Assembly (NCBI RefSeq): GCF_009914755.1
Contig: NC_060925.1
Origin: the human T2T-CHM13v2.0 reference genome, Homo sapiens
DNA: 64,000 bases
Direction: 5' to 3' (one strand)
Both the position numbers and the translations under genes were made by a program. Below are positions 1-14,200 of this stretch, piece by piece. Numbering within the stretch: the stretch's first letter is position 1; each line of letters begins with the position of its first letter. The notes below the pieces were generated by a model that worked only from the letters and a program-made list of their open reading frames with translations, searched no databases and was not told the origin of the DNA.

Positions 1-514
1 TGGGACTCCCTGACTCAGGCTGGGTTTGGAAGCTGCCTTGTTATTTTATTTCATCAGTAAACTGTGCCAAGCCCTGTTAGCTGATCTGCCGGGTGATTTG
101 TGAAAGTTATGTAACAGCATTACTCACTATGCTGCTACGGGGCTCATCTCACTGAGTTACACTTCTAAACTGTCTTTTGCTTCAGGTCAGATGTCATCTT
201 TCCTATGGGAGATGCAGTGAGGCTGTGTGCCCCAGTTTCTTTCTAGAACAAAGAAGGGGAACAGGGGAAGGTAATCAACACTTACTGAGTCCCTACCATG
301 GAGTATGGACCATGAGAGATGCTTACACACACACAGTCTCTATAATCCTTCCAACAATCCCATCAGGCAGGAATTAATATCCCCACTTTACAGAAGACAA
401 GAAAATGGAGTTTTGGGAAGGCTAAATAGTTTCTTTAAGCTAGCATGTGGTCAAGCAATGGCCACTTACCTCTAAAGTCCTGTTATAACAGTTTATCATG
501 TAATTTTTAAAAAC

Positions 515-1118
<604 letters not shown>

Positions 1119-1849
1119 TGTTCCATTTAATTTTAAGGTTATTTTAAAAGAGACTTTTCTTCTCAAAGTTTAGAATAATATAATTCTAGAGTTTGATCAT
1201 AGATTAGAGATCACTTAGTCCAAATCTTTCATTTTACAATTGAACAGACTGAGGGCCACATAGGGTGTGATATGGCATTACTAAAAATAAAGCAAAACAA
1301 AACTTCCCTGGAATTAACAATGAATGGTGCTCATTCTAATGAAATGGTAATAAAAGTTTTAATTTTTATTTTAAAACACATTTATACATGACCAACCTAA
1401 GCAAATGCTTATCACCATATCATAAATGATAATTCTTACGGGAACCAGCCCCATTACTTAGAAGAAATCAGTAAATTATCAGAGCTCCCTCAATTATATT
1501 TTATAAACTATAATACCAAAATATTAATCTACTGACCAAATCATATCTGTATTAGTGGACACAGCCCTATCAGAAGGAGAGGAGGAATATGTCAAGAATA
1601 CATGTATACCCCATGGAGATCCAGGGACCCAAGGATGAGTTACAGTGGTGTTGGTCTAGTTGAAAGTATAAAAATATAAGAACTCACCCTGAGAATATAA
1701 AACACTTCTCAAACAAATGGAAGAATGGTGTTTCTAGTAAAGACATTGTTCTGAGATAAATTTTTGGCTGCAGAGAAAAATACTGCCTACCTTGTCCAGC
1801 TAAAGGCAGTCCATCTCTTGAATTCTTGACTTGTCAATAAATATTAAAA

Positions 1850-2171
1850 GACTATTTGTCAACAGCGAAAAGGAAGTGGTGACTACTAGAACAAGTGAAG
1901 ACAGACTAACCTCATTTCCTTCAGATAGACATACTAGATTGGTAGATTAGAAGGCTGTCGGAGACATCCTGTACCTAGGCAACTATAACATCTTGCATGA
2001 TTTTGATTGGCACAGTAAAGAAACTTAGACTGGCTGATGATGCAAATAGACACAATCAAATAGTTAAAACCACCCAAATCATGGGTGCTGGGTAAAGGGC
2101 TGAGGTTATTGACATCCTGGAGGGAAATCTCCAGGGCATTGCCTTAAAACATGTTCAATTACTTAGAAAAG

Positions 2172-2210
<39 letters not shown>

Positions 2211-3030
2211 TATAGTTATTAAATTTTCTTTACCAACTACATATGAGACACTGAGTTAGGCTCTGAGGATACAAAGCTGAAAAAAATATGGCTTTTAACT
2301 TCAAGTTCCTCACAGTTTAGTGGATGACAGAACCAGGATCCAAAATGGGGTACAATACGGATAAATGAATCTTGCACTTAAGTCCAAAAACACATCCATA
2401 TAAGTAAACAATATGTGCCTGATACATAGTAGGCATGAATAAAAAATTGGTGAATAAATTGAATGAATAAAGGTACCAAGTTTGAAGAAAAAAAACCCCA
2501 AACCCTGGGGTTTCATTTAGTTGCAAGCTCAGTGCAAGTCAGTCAGGGGTGTGATACAATTGTCCACAAAGCATGTAAGGTTGAGCCTCATAAATGCGAA
2601 ATATAACAGGAACAAGAATGGTCACAGATGTATTCTGAGGTATGCTCCTCTGAGCTCATCATTCCATGGCTCTAGCTCATGCTGGATACCAGAATATTTT
2701 ACAAACATTTTTTAAAATAAAGAAAAAAGTGGAGTACTTCTGAAGAAGACCAAGTGAATGAGGAATCTCACAGCCTTGGAGAGGAAAAACCTAGAAGAAA
2801 GAGATCTTTATCTATATGAAGATCTTCAATGGAACAGAGTGCTGGATTCGTTTCATGGAGATTCAGATACTAGAACCAGGGTTGTGTCATTTAGAGTGTG
2901 GCAGATTTTGACTCAATATAAGGAGCAAATTTCTAACATATGGGCTTATCTTAAAGTCAAATAGGCTCCAACAGGATGTCAAAAGTTCCCCTAGAAAGGA
3001 AGTACTCCATCTGGGCTGAGTTACCTTGTA
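1850..3030 (+). mobile_element. L3/CR1 LINE relic, interrupted by a (TG)n repeat and an L2 fragment
   Basis: actaacctcatttcc...ctagattggtagat...tggagggaaatctccagggcattgcc and gcagattttgactcaatataagga resemble the CR1 RT region and 3' end. Confidence 0.5.
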
Positions 3031-3458
3031 ACAGGTGTACAGATTTGCTCAAATCTCTATTATATAGTCTCATGGCATCATGTGCCTCCCACCACTGTAC
3101 TTACAGCAGTTATAATGTTACAGTTATTAGTGTAATCATGTGAGATATGTCTTTCCCCAAGACTGTAAACTCCGAAAGGATAGGGTGCTGCCATTCATAT
3201 TCACCCCTGCATCCCTACTCCCTAGTACATAGTACTTATTAAGTGTTCAAAGAAGGAAAGAAAGGAGGGAACGTGGGAGGAGAAGAAAGAAAACCAGCAC
3301 TAGAAGGGGTGCTGGTTTAAATCTCCTATAAAGTTCTTCTAAATTTGAAATTTCATGGTTACAAACAAACCCAGGTTGCAAATGATTCACATTGTCTTAA
3401 CGATTGCCTTCCCTACTGTTGTAAAGAGATACTGAAGGGAACTGATGTACTCTACCCC

Positions 3459-3640
3459 AGTGCTTCTCAGATTTTGGTGAGCATCAACATCACCTAGCAG
3501 GCTTGCTAAAACAGATAGCTGGCCCCCACTCCCAGAGTTTCTGATTCAATAGGTCTGGGGCAGGGCCCAAGAATTTGCATTTCTAAGAAGCTCCCGAGGT
3601 GATGCTGATGCTACAGGTCCAGGAACACACTTTGAGAACC
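3459..3640. mobile_element. MER5A-type hAT MITE
   Basis: cagtgcttctca...gattcaataggtctggggcagggcccaagaatttgcatttct...cacactttgagaaccact. Confidence 0.8.
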
Positions 3641-3695
3641 ACTCCTCTACCCAGCATTAGGAGAGTGGTTCTCAAATCAGAATCACTTGTGGTAA

Positions 3696-4005
<310 letters not shown>

Positions 4006-6701
4006 TCCATTCTTGGTTTTGCCATAGATATTCTGATTCAACAGACCTGGAATTGGATCCAGGAATCTGTATTTAAACAAGCTCTTCAGGTAATTCTGTT
4101 GCAGTTGATTTACACATCACGTTTGAGAAAAAAAAAATGACACAAAAGCAAAGGTGATAGTAGAAGACCATGGCTCTTGAATGCTTAGCGTCTTGATGAC
4201 CTTGTTCCCTCCTTAGCAGGTTACAAAAGGTCTACTCTGTCAACTGCTCACCCGCTTAACACAAATGAACCCTCGCATTTAGTCAAAGTGATGGTTAAAA
4301 ATAGTACCACAATGAAGCTTTATCAAAAAATATGTGGATAAGGAATCAACACTTCAGGTGGGTTCATGAGGACGCCATTCCAAACAACTAGAACTCTACC
4401 CATGGTGGAACCCCTTCCTCCTCCCTTCGGAAGCAGTCATCATTGTCTGGATGTAAATCCCCAGATGTAACCCTGATTGATCTCATTTTCTCTTTTCTGG
4501 CACTCAGTGGATATGTGGATTCTAGCTTGTCTGTGATAGCTTTCTTTCCCTAGCATGAATGATCTGTTTCTTTACCATAAGTTTTTTTTCAAAGCCTTAC
4601 AGATATGAAAATGACCCACACTCCAGTCTTTTCTAAAAAGTATGGATGGTGTCATCAGACACTTTCCCCCCCGCAAAAAAAAAGAGAGAATATTTGCTTC
4701 TTTCCAAATACCATCAAAATACTCTGTGTGCTGAAGTTGTGATTCATTGAACATGCTTTCCATACACCTGAAAGAGTTAATCTATCACCCCGTGTGCCAT
4801 AGCCACCGGAGCAAAGTCAGGCCAAGAGAACAATGACACAATCAATTATTTCCTATCTTCCCTGGACAAATCTATATGGCTTTGTATGGGAAGATTTGTA
4901 TTCTAAGACAGTGAGTGCAAAACTATCTCCCAATCCCTTGATAATTATTTATGGAGATGCTGCTGAGATGACCTCTGGAGAAAAAAATTACACCACAAAA
5001 CCTAAGCAAAACAAATGAAAACCATCTAATTCCCTCTTTAAAAATGTGAATTTGAAAAAGTGCCCACCATATAATGTTTTACAGGCAGGTGTGGCCATCA
5101 CACACCCGGGTTATCTTTCAGCTCAGACCACAGAAACTGGGTCACGTGCCTCTCAGTGACGTTGTGGGCATCTGTGTGGCTTACTCTCTGCAGGCAAGTT
5201 TACCACACAACTTGGATATGATTTAAAGCAAGCTTGACTGTTCAAACAAATAGGGAAGATGCTTCTTTAGTCACGACTTGTCCTTCATTTTTGATGACAC
5301 TTTCTCTTATTTCTGGAAATGCTGTTGACAAACGGGTCTTGGTATAATTTGTCACTGTAGCACATAAAAATACTAGGGACATTCTTCCTGACTGATTCTA
5401 TGGATTACCTGCATCTTGTGAAATCAGAACACCTTAGTCTTACCAACATCTGTGAGAGCACACTTTCTACAAGTAAAGGCAGACAGTAAAATAACTTGGC
5501 TAGCTTTACATGAGAGAACAAATCACTGGCATTAATTGGCATCACTCATCATGTCCTAGCCTAACACACCTACAGAGTGTAGCACTGTCTGATGATGCTC
5601 TCTGGGAATATTCTACTCATCATCATTACCAATGATTAATAATAGCATCTACCTTGAACTTGTCAGAGGCTTTTACAATTTACAACATTTCATTTGATTC
5701 TCACTGCAATCTCATGAGACAGGTAAGCCAGATGTAATCATTTCTGGTAGAAAATGGAAAAAACTGAAATCGAAGAAGTTTATGTCATTGCCCAAAGTCA
5801 TATGAATAAATAACTCATTTTATCAGGTCGGAAAATAAGAATAAAAATAATAGGCACAATATAAATTTCTAGTCCCATGCAGATTCAGCTCCAAAAAGGA
5901 GCTAACCTTACTTAAAACTTTTAACTACTGCAGTTTACCCTTGTCTAGGACAATACATCCCAGCTTCATTATTTGTAACCTTTTTCCAAAGACCTAAGAA
6001 ATTAAACTGACCCATGATCCATTTTCTTCCTAAGAAGGAGGGATGGCAGCCACATACTCCTGCAAACCCATCACCCTGCCCTGATCAGAAAGGTGAGAAC
6101 ATTGGCTAATTTCATGGCCCTCTCCTTAGATTTGGAGGGGCAGTATACAATTTAGTCCTCTTAGAGACCAGATAATTGTTTTAAAAAAAGTAGAACTTCA
6201 GTAGTCATGTACCAATAAAGATAATGTCTACATTCCTGACCTATTACAAGAAGAACCAGTACCGCCAACAGAGTTCTCTTTAATTTCTGGGTTATCTGAG
6301 CCCACAATGTGTACCAATTTTGAATAATTGCTTTAAGCTAAAAGACACTAGGAAAGCATTTTCCCATTGGGGTGGCCAAAGGCCTGGGATCCTGTGCATC
6401 ATCAGCATGAGTTGTCTCACTAAGGGATCCATTTAACAGAGCTTTACACTTAGGGTAAATAGGTGATTTCATTGTGAAAACGCTAAGCATTTACAATTAT
6501 TTTCAGTAAAGTTCAAGGAGCATCTTGTTTAATAACTTGGCTAACAACAAGCTTAAACAAAATAAGATGGGATTACTGAATGGAATATTATGCAGTCACT
6601 AAAATAATATTTTTTTCTTTTCCACAAATTAAAATAACAATTACGATGACATTATGAAAAAGTAGTTTGGGGATAACTTTAACTGCAAAAAGCAGATTAT
6701 A

Positions 6702-6830
6702 GGCCAAGTATGATGGTTCATGCCTGTAATTTTAATACTTTGGGAGGCCAAGGAGGATTGCTTGAGGCCAGGAGTTCAAGACTAGCTTGGGCAACATAGT
6801 GAGACCCCCGTCTCTACAAAAATTTTAAAA
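6702..6830 (+). mobile_element. FLAM / Alu left monomer
   Basis: Monomer ending gtctctacaaaaa, flanked by cagattata direct repeats. Confidence 0.85.
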
Positions 6831-9047
6831 AGAACCAGATTATACATTACATATATATCCTGATTAAGTAATGCAAAACATGAGGATGAAAAGGGAATGC
6901 ATAAGAAATAAAAGGTGAGTTATGGGGGATTTTGTACTTGTGGCTCAAAGTTTATGAAATGTTACACTGTTAATTATCCTTAGGAATATACAGGCTGATC
7001 TAACGACTTTTTTTTTTTTTTAACTAATCCTCTTATGACCATGGTTGATATTTGCCTTTCCAGAGTCAAAATGGTCCCGGGCAGTTTGCCTCTTAGAATC
7101 TCAGAGAGCTCCCGTGAGCGCTGGCAGCTTCCAAAGCCCAGCACGCGCCACAGTCCCACCACGCGGGGTCCAATCCAAGGTGTTTGTAAAGAACTTCGGT
7201 GAGCAGAGACTCACATGGAAGCGAGCCTCTCTCTCCCTTAGGACGGGCAGAGCTCAAGCCCAGCTCCTGACTCAGTCCACCAAGCAGTCTCCAGTGTGAT
7301 GTCAATTGAAGAGGACATTCTTTTTTCTTCTCCTGAAAGATATTGTTTGGTGTGGTTTACTCAGAAGAGATCTCCACTGCCTCCTTCAAATGTTCTGCTT
7401 TTCAGGAATGGAGGGAAAATCCTTACAGCCTGGAACACTTTTGAGGTTTGTCACGAATGTCCTTGAAAGTAATATTACTATCCCCTGCTTGCCACCAAAA
7501 CTGGGCACGGTCAGGGGACAACACAAGTGTGCCTGTGTCATAGGTGATGTCATCTGTGCCACACCCAGATGGACTGGTGCCCCACTGCACTAGAATGTCC
7601 TTATGGACAAGGACTGTCATATTTATCACTGTATCCTCAGGCCATAGCACAGTGTCTAGTGAGAATCAAAACTGGCCACTATTTCCACTTCTGCTTCATC
7701 TCCTGTGTGACTCGAGGTGAGTTACTTTGCTTCTCTGGGCCTAATCTCTCATTTCAAGTGGAAGGCTGACCATCATGTCTGCTTTCTCAGCTATGAAACA
7801 ATGTAATTCTATGATCAACTGAAAGTACCGTCAGTTGTATTGACATTTGGTTGGTGCTTTCCATGATAGTAGTTCAACTTAGGGACATAAAGTTCCGTCT
7901 TCAAGGCTACCTTCTCCTTTTCTTCCCGCTAAACATTCTCTCTTTCTCTCCGTCTGCCTGTCTCTCTCTCTCACTCATCTTTCTCTGGGCTGCAGAAAGT
8001 CATCAATGTGGCTACTGGAAGATATTAAATGGCATGTGTCTTTCATTATATTTCTGTTGGACAGCGCTTGTCTAGGGTCTCTTTGACCTCCTCATTTCCC
8101 CTTCTACTCCCCTAAATAACAGTCCATTTCATGGTTATTTCCATTGGACTTACCACATGGAATATCTAATTAATTAACCTAATAAAATAGTGAAAATATT
8201 CAAATAAAAAAATTCAAATTTGCCATTTCATGGTCAATGAAAAGATTATAGCAAAACTATGAAATATTACATCATTAACTTATATCTTTCTTTTTATTTG
8301 GAAAAGTAGGTTCTTCCTAAACCCCTTAATTTACCATTTACCAAAAGCATTGTGATATACAAAATCATCCAGTTATCCAGAAAAGCTACCTTACTATTTC
8401 GGGTGTTTATTTGAATATAAACTGTAAGGTCATTAAGTGATTCTATCTCAACCAGAAATTTTTCTTTCATAAAATGCTTCAGAACAAAATAAATCATACC
8501 CTTTGTATAAATCAAGACTATACAATGGAATACAGGTCAGTTCTTGACTATCCTTGCTAATAATGGATAAAGTGATGATAATAATTCTTAAAACTTCATA
8601 TTTGCTTCTGTACTGATGTTAAGGAAGCTTAATTTGCATTTACATTTGAATTCAAATGAGTCTGATGTTCCACTGATTCATCCTATTTTTAAAACAAAAA
8701 GCAAATTTGCCTTTTAAGAACTAACTTGTGCTCAGCTATTCTTTGTTCCTTACTTCCAGTGAGAGTAGATGGCATCTCAGACCAACTGGTTGAAAATGCT
8801 CACTTTTCTTCCCTTTCCATGCTCCTTATCCTTCCCACTGAATCTTCTCCCACCCTCAACACACACACATACATACACACACCTGTGCGCACACACAAAA
8901 ATACACATATACACATGTGCATACACACAAACACACACATCTTTCTCTGGGCTGTAGAAAGTAATCAATACTTTGTCTTAAAGCCCTCTCCCAGGGTAAG
9001 AGAAAGGGAAATGGGAAGTCTCTTTGCTTTCCCATTAAGACTCTAGA

Positions 9048-9372
9048 CTGGTGCTATTCAAGAGAAATATAATGAAATACATTTCATATAATGAGATATA
9101 ATGAAAGCCATGTATGCAATTTTAAATTTTATAGTAGCCATATCAAAAAAAGACACAAGTAAGATTAATGATAATGTTTTATTTAACCCCAAATATCTGA
9201 AATATGTGATCAATATAAAAATTATTAATGAGATATTTTGCATTCTTTTTTTAGTACTAAGTCTTTGAAATCTGATGTGCCTTTTATACCTACAGCACAT
9301 TTGAGTTTGGATTCAGGACATTTTAAGTGATTATTAACCACATGGGGCTATGGCTGCCATATTGGACAGCAC
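9048..9372. mobile_element. MER33 (hAT-Charlie) DNA transposon
   Basis: Ends ...tattggacagcac; perfect 8-bp TSD actctaga at 9040-9047 and 9373-9380. Confidence 0.88.
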
Positions 9373-10719
9373 ACTCTAGATGCTTGTGGTTTAAGAGTAT
9401 GTTGTTTATTTGAGTTGGGGCAGAGGAGGAGGCAATGAAAGAGAGCATGCCACTGCACACCTGCCCATGTTCAAACAGCCTCATTACAAAGGGATCTGTT
9501 TTATATCAATAAAGAAGGGAGAAACTTGACTTTTTCTATAATTCATCAATTACATACATAGCACAGCTTATCCAATAGAACAATCCCAGGATCGGAATAA
9601 TGCACAAAATTAAGGAATAAAATAAACTTGTAACAAGTCCCTATGTGGATTAAGGTTAGTTCAAATTCAAGACCCTTGAAAATTATATCTCACTCATAAA
9701 CCCTACCTCATGGGCAATGAGGAATCCTTGTGGCTTTAACTTTGAGGGCTCTCTAACAACAATGCCATATGGTAATATTCCTGCTCAGTTTGGTAGAAAA
9801 CTGCTAACCAGCAACAGACAGATGAGATCATTTCCAAACAGGATACAGCCTTGCAACAATCCACTATATTTATAGTAACAGATTGTTCACCCTGCCTCTA
9901 CTTTCCACCAAAAAGAACCAACAGCTAAAATGCTTGATGGATTTAGATGCCCCCTGTTTCTATTGTAGACAATCTCAATAGTGGGTACAGACTTGGATCA
10001 CGTATTGTAATTAACTCAATCCATGGAACTATTTGAAAGAATTGGTCCAATGATCTAATTCCCTTATAGTAAAATAGAAAAAAGAGGAAATAAAAACAAA
10101 ACCTCAATTCTTGTGTCAGAAATGTCAAAGCTTTTGCAGGAATGAGTGTGTATGTGTGTGTGCACATTTCCTATGTTGGTGTGTTAATGATAAGTAAGTA
10201 AATCCCTCTTGGGCATTCATAGATCCTAATTGCATTTTGTGATTGTGGAAGGCATGATGGAATCATAGAACTAAAATGGACTTTAAATGTCCAATCCATT
10301 TCCCTACGAATAAGGCAATATTTATTTATTAAATAGTTGTAACTAGTTACTAGTTATTAAATAGTTGTAACAGCATATAAAATATTCCAGACCAATTATA
10401 ATTATTAACAACTGTAAAAAGCTAATGTTTATTAAATAGTGTGGGTTTACGTTACAATCAAGAACATTTCTACAGGTAGCATCCTTAGCAGCTGGGCATA
10501 ACATTGAATAAAATAACATTGAAAAATCACTATCGTGTCTTCCCAGAGCTTTTCTTTCAAGCTGAATGATACAATTATTGCTAGTATTCCTTATAGGTTT
10601 TGTTTGTTAATCCCATACTTATTTTTTTTTTAATCTCTCTGATAGCATTCTCTATCTCCACATTTCTCTTCAGTTCTAGGCTGGGCATAGTTCTCTCTAA
10701 TTCTGTGCTTCTCTAATAC

Positions 10720-11005
10720 AATTTATTTTATATGTTGCCTGACCTCTCCCCCTTCAACCCCAGCACTCCTGGATCCCCTTAGTCCACTCTACTATTTTTC
10801 CACAGCACTTGCTACATTCTGTCATGCTACATAATTTCTTTACTGTGTTCATGGTCTATTTTCTGTTTCCACCATTGGCCCCGAACTAGAATATAAGTGT
10901 CACAAGAACAGGCATCTTTGTTTTGCTCATTGCTGTATCCTGAGAACCTAGAATAGAACTTGGCACACACTATATACTCAATAAATATTTGTTGAATAAA
11001 TGAAT
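10720..11005 (+). mobile_element. L2 3' end
   Basis: Ends ggcacac...ctcaataaatatttgttgaataaatgaat. Confidence 0.75.
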
Positions 11006-12929
11006 GTAGATCTGATCAGTGTAGATTGCCAGTTTCTAATTAAGCTTAAATTAATGTATAAGTATTCATCTAGACCCATGTTTCTAGCCGATTGGTAAGT
11101 ACATTGAGCAAGACAAAAGTACACGTCTAAACTAAAAATAAACATTTATTGTGTTACAATATAAATGAAAGCAAATGGGTTACGTAGTAATACTGCTCTT
11201 TAAAAAGTGTTATTCTTCAGTATCAAAGATTGGGGATACTGATTACTTCTGACTTATTCCCATATTTTTCTAGTTATAAATGCTGAATCCACAAGTCTAG
11301 AATGTTCAATCATGTTCACCCACTTCTCAATTTAAATATAAGTATTAAATATCAAATCTATTTTAGGCTCCTGATTGACATCATTATTTGTTTTATAAGT
11401 CAGATTTTGTGGGCTTAGATTTTTAAAATATTGTGCCTACATGCCTTCTGGAGAAAAATGACCCAGTTTTCATTTTGTAAAATGGCAATCTTATTCATAT
11501 GGGTCTATTTTTGATCGGTATTTTCTCCCTAATGCTTATTGTAGTACCTAACATACAGTAAGGGTTCTAAAAAATCTTTATTTATTTAATGAAAAATTCA
11601 TTCTGGCAAACTTTGAAAATTTGACCATGGACATTTAGGAAGAAAGCAACAAAGGTGACACATTCAAAACATGGGGAAAAATTTTAAGCTGGAAAAAAGG
11701 TGATAACTAATTGATGCAGAAATGAGAAAATCATAATTCAACCAAATTATTCCTCCTATCACCTAATCATTATTATATATTCACTCACTCCCCTAACACT
11801 GGTTGAACATATTCTATGTATGAGTCACTGTGAGGGATTCTCTGAATATAAGGGAACAAGATTTGGTTCATGGGCATAAAGTTTGAGTGGGAAAGAATAA
11901 TAAATCCACCACCTGTTCCCCATTGGATCCCCGGCACTCTGAACAATCACAAGGCAGGTGCCTGGTAAGTGTTTGGCAAAAGAAGGCATAATGATCTGTA
12001 ACACAACAGCGAGTGTGATAAATGCTACTAGTGAAAGCAATGGGCCATGGGAGTCTGGTTTGGAATATGGATGTTTTCATGGAACAGGGAGCTAAGTAGA
12101 CATGGGTGGGCTGAACTGTGGCAGGTGGCAGGTTCTCAAGGCAAAGGAAGAGCGTGACCCAAAGCACAGAGGAAAGCCACAGAGCACAGTGTCCTCATCA
12201 CACAGCATTTCCTTTTTCAAACACCCAACCTATGAAATCTTCAAGCCTATCCTAGAAAGAGTTCTTAATTTATATTAGGTGCAGACATAAAACTATGTGG
12301 TTATAAAGCCTTCCAACAGATAGAGTGCAAGGTGATGGGTTCTGGAGTCTGCAAGGCTTAGGGGCTTCCTAACTGGGATCAAGATGCTATTGTGTAAGGC
12401 AAGACACCATGAACAAAGGCCTAAGGACAGAGCCTGCACTTGGTGAGTTCTCTAGCTTCCAGTGACCTTCCTTCTTCTCCTTTGCTGTGTCCTAATGGCA
12501 GCCTTGAGCTTAGTACAGATGGGAAAAGCACACTACAACATTTAATCTATTCCCGTGAGTGTGAGTGGGCCTTCAAAATGAATGTTTTGGATCCCCCATT
12601 GAATATGACATGTAAACATTTAATAATATTTTCTAAAATAATTTATAAATTGATTGTAATTAGAAACCCAGCAGGCATTAGGGAATAATTAGCTACAATG
12701 AATGTAAATTCACAATGAGAATATATGCCTAAAATGATCAAGAAAAGTATTATACGACTGAATTGTAAGTGGAAAATGTTCTTATTAAAGAATATGCAAC
12801 AAAAATCTGCAATCAAATTAAAATTGCATTAACATGAGAATAAACAAATAGATATACATATACATATGTGTCTTGAGGTTATCTAGGTATTCTTTTCTCT
12901 TTTCATATGTATATGTGTGTATATATATA

Positions 12930-14200
12930 ATTTTAATATATGGCAAAAATTGTAGCTTAATTCAGTGGGAAGGTTAGATTATTTAATAAATGGTGCTGGC
13001 GCAACTGATTTTCCATTTAAAGGGAAAATGTTAGACCACTCATATACATCATATATAAACATGATTTCCACACAGACTGGAAACTCAAATGTTAAAAAAA
13101 AAATAGCAATATAAAACCTTCAAGAAAAATTGAGGAAATTAGAAATATAATCTTGGGTTAAGGGGAATCTTCTAAACACAGGCAGAAAATCCAAAAGCCA
13201 TAAAAATAAAGATTAATATATTTGACTGCATAAAAATAGACACCTTTGCATGGCAAAATATATCATAATTAAAGGTTAATAATAACATAATTAGTTTATA
13301 ATAACACATGAGCAATGAATTTGAGAAAAACATTTTTAATGGAGATATAAAAAAGAGTTAATATCTAAATGTTCAGAGTTCTTATAAGAAAATTACCAAC
13401 AAGAGAACAAGAAAAAGAAGGAAGGAATGAATGACAATGAAAAGATATAAAAAGGGTTAATATCTAAATGTTCAGAGTTCTTACAAGAATATTACAAAAC
13501 AAAAGGAAGAAGAAGAAAAAGAATGAATAAATGAATGAAAATGAAAATGGCAAAGAACATCAACGGACAATTCACATGAAAGTGCATCTAAATGGCTGAT
13601 AAACATGAGATAAGATCTCAGACTCATGGCCAATCCGGGAAAGGCCACTCAAAATAAAAAGCAAATTCACTTCTTATCCATCAGCTTGTCAAAAAAAAAC
13701 AAAGCAAGAGCCGAAATACCTATGATTGGCAGGGCTGCTGGAAAAAGGGCACTCTCATACACTGTAGAAATATGAAATTTTATAGTCTATCAGAAAATTA
13801 ATCTGGCAACATCTATTAAGTTAAAAATACATTTACCCAGCAATCTCTCTTCACGGGCACTGCCTCATAGAAATAAGAACATGAGGATATATGTACAAGG
13901 ACACGTATTTAATCATGGGTGATAGTGGTAAACCTGGGAACAGAGTAAAGGCCATCAGGAAGAGAATGGTTGAATCATGTAGGGTGCAAACCACAGAATA
14001 TTATATAGCTGCTAATAAAGGAGTTAAAACAGTATCAATTGACTTGGAGGGATTTCCATGAGACCCTGTTGAGTGAAAAAAAGAAAAATAGAGAAAAGTG
14101 TATCACATGGTCACCTTAAAAAAACAAAAAACAAAAAACAGTGACCAAAAACCCCTATAATATATGTAGGTATATTGAGAAAAATATGGAAAGATACATA
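12930..14200 (+). mobile_element. Old L1M (MC/ME-type) ORF2 3' region and 3' UTR fragment
   Basis: A-rich degenerate L1 motifs: aataaatggtgctgg, tttgactgcataaaaat, acccagcaatct, ggatatatgtacaagga. Confidence 0.7.

Noticed and set aside
2038-2046. TGATGCAAA C/EBP-ATF (ATF4) motif, tempting because NIBAN1 is ER-stress inducible
   Set aside because: A single degenerate 9-mer inside a LINE relic; such hits are expected by chance in 64 kb.
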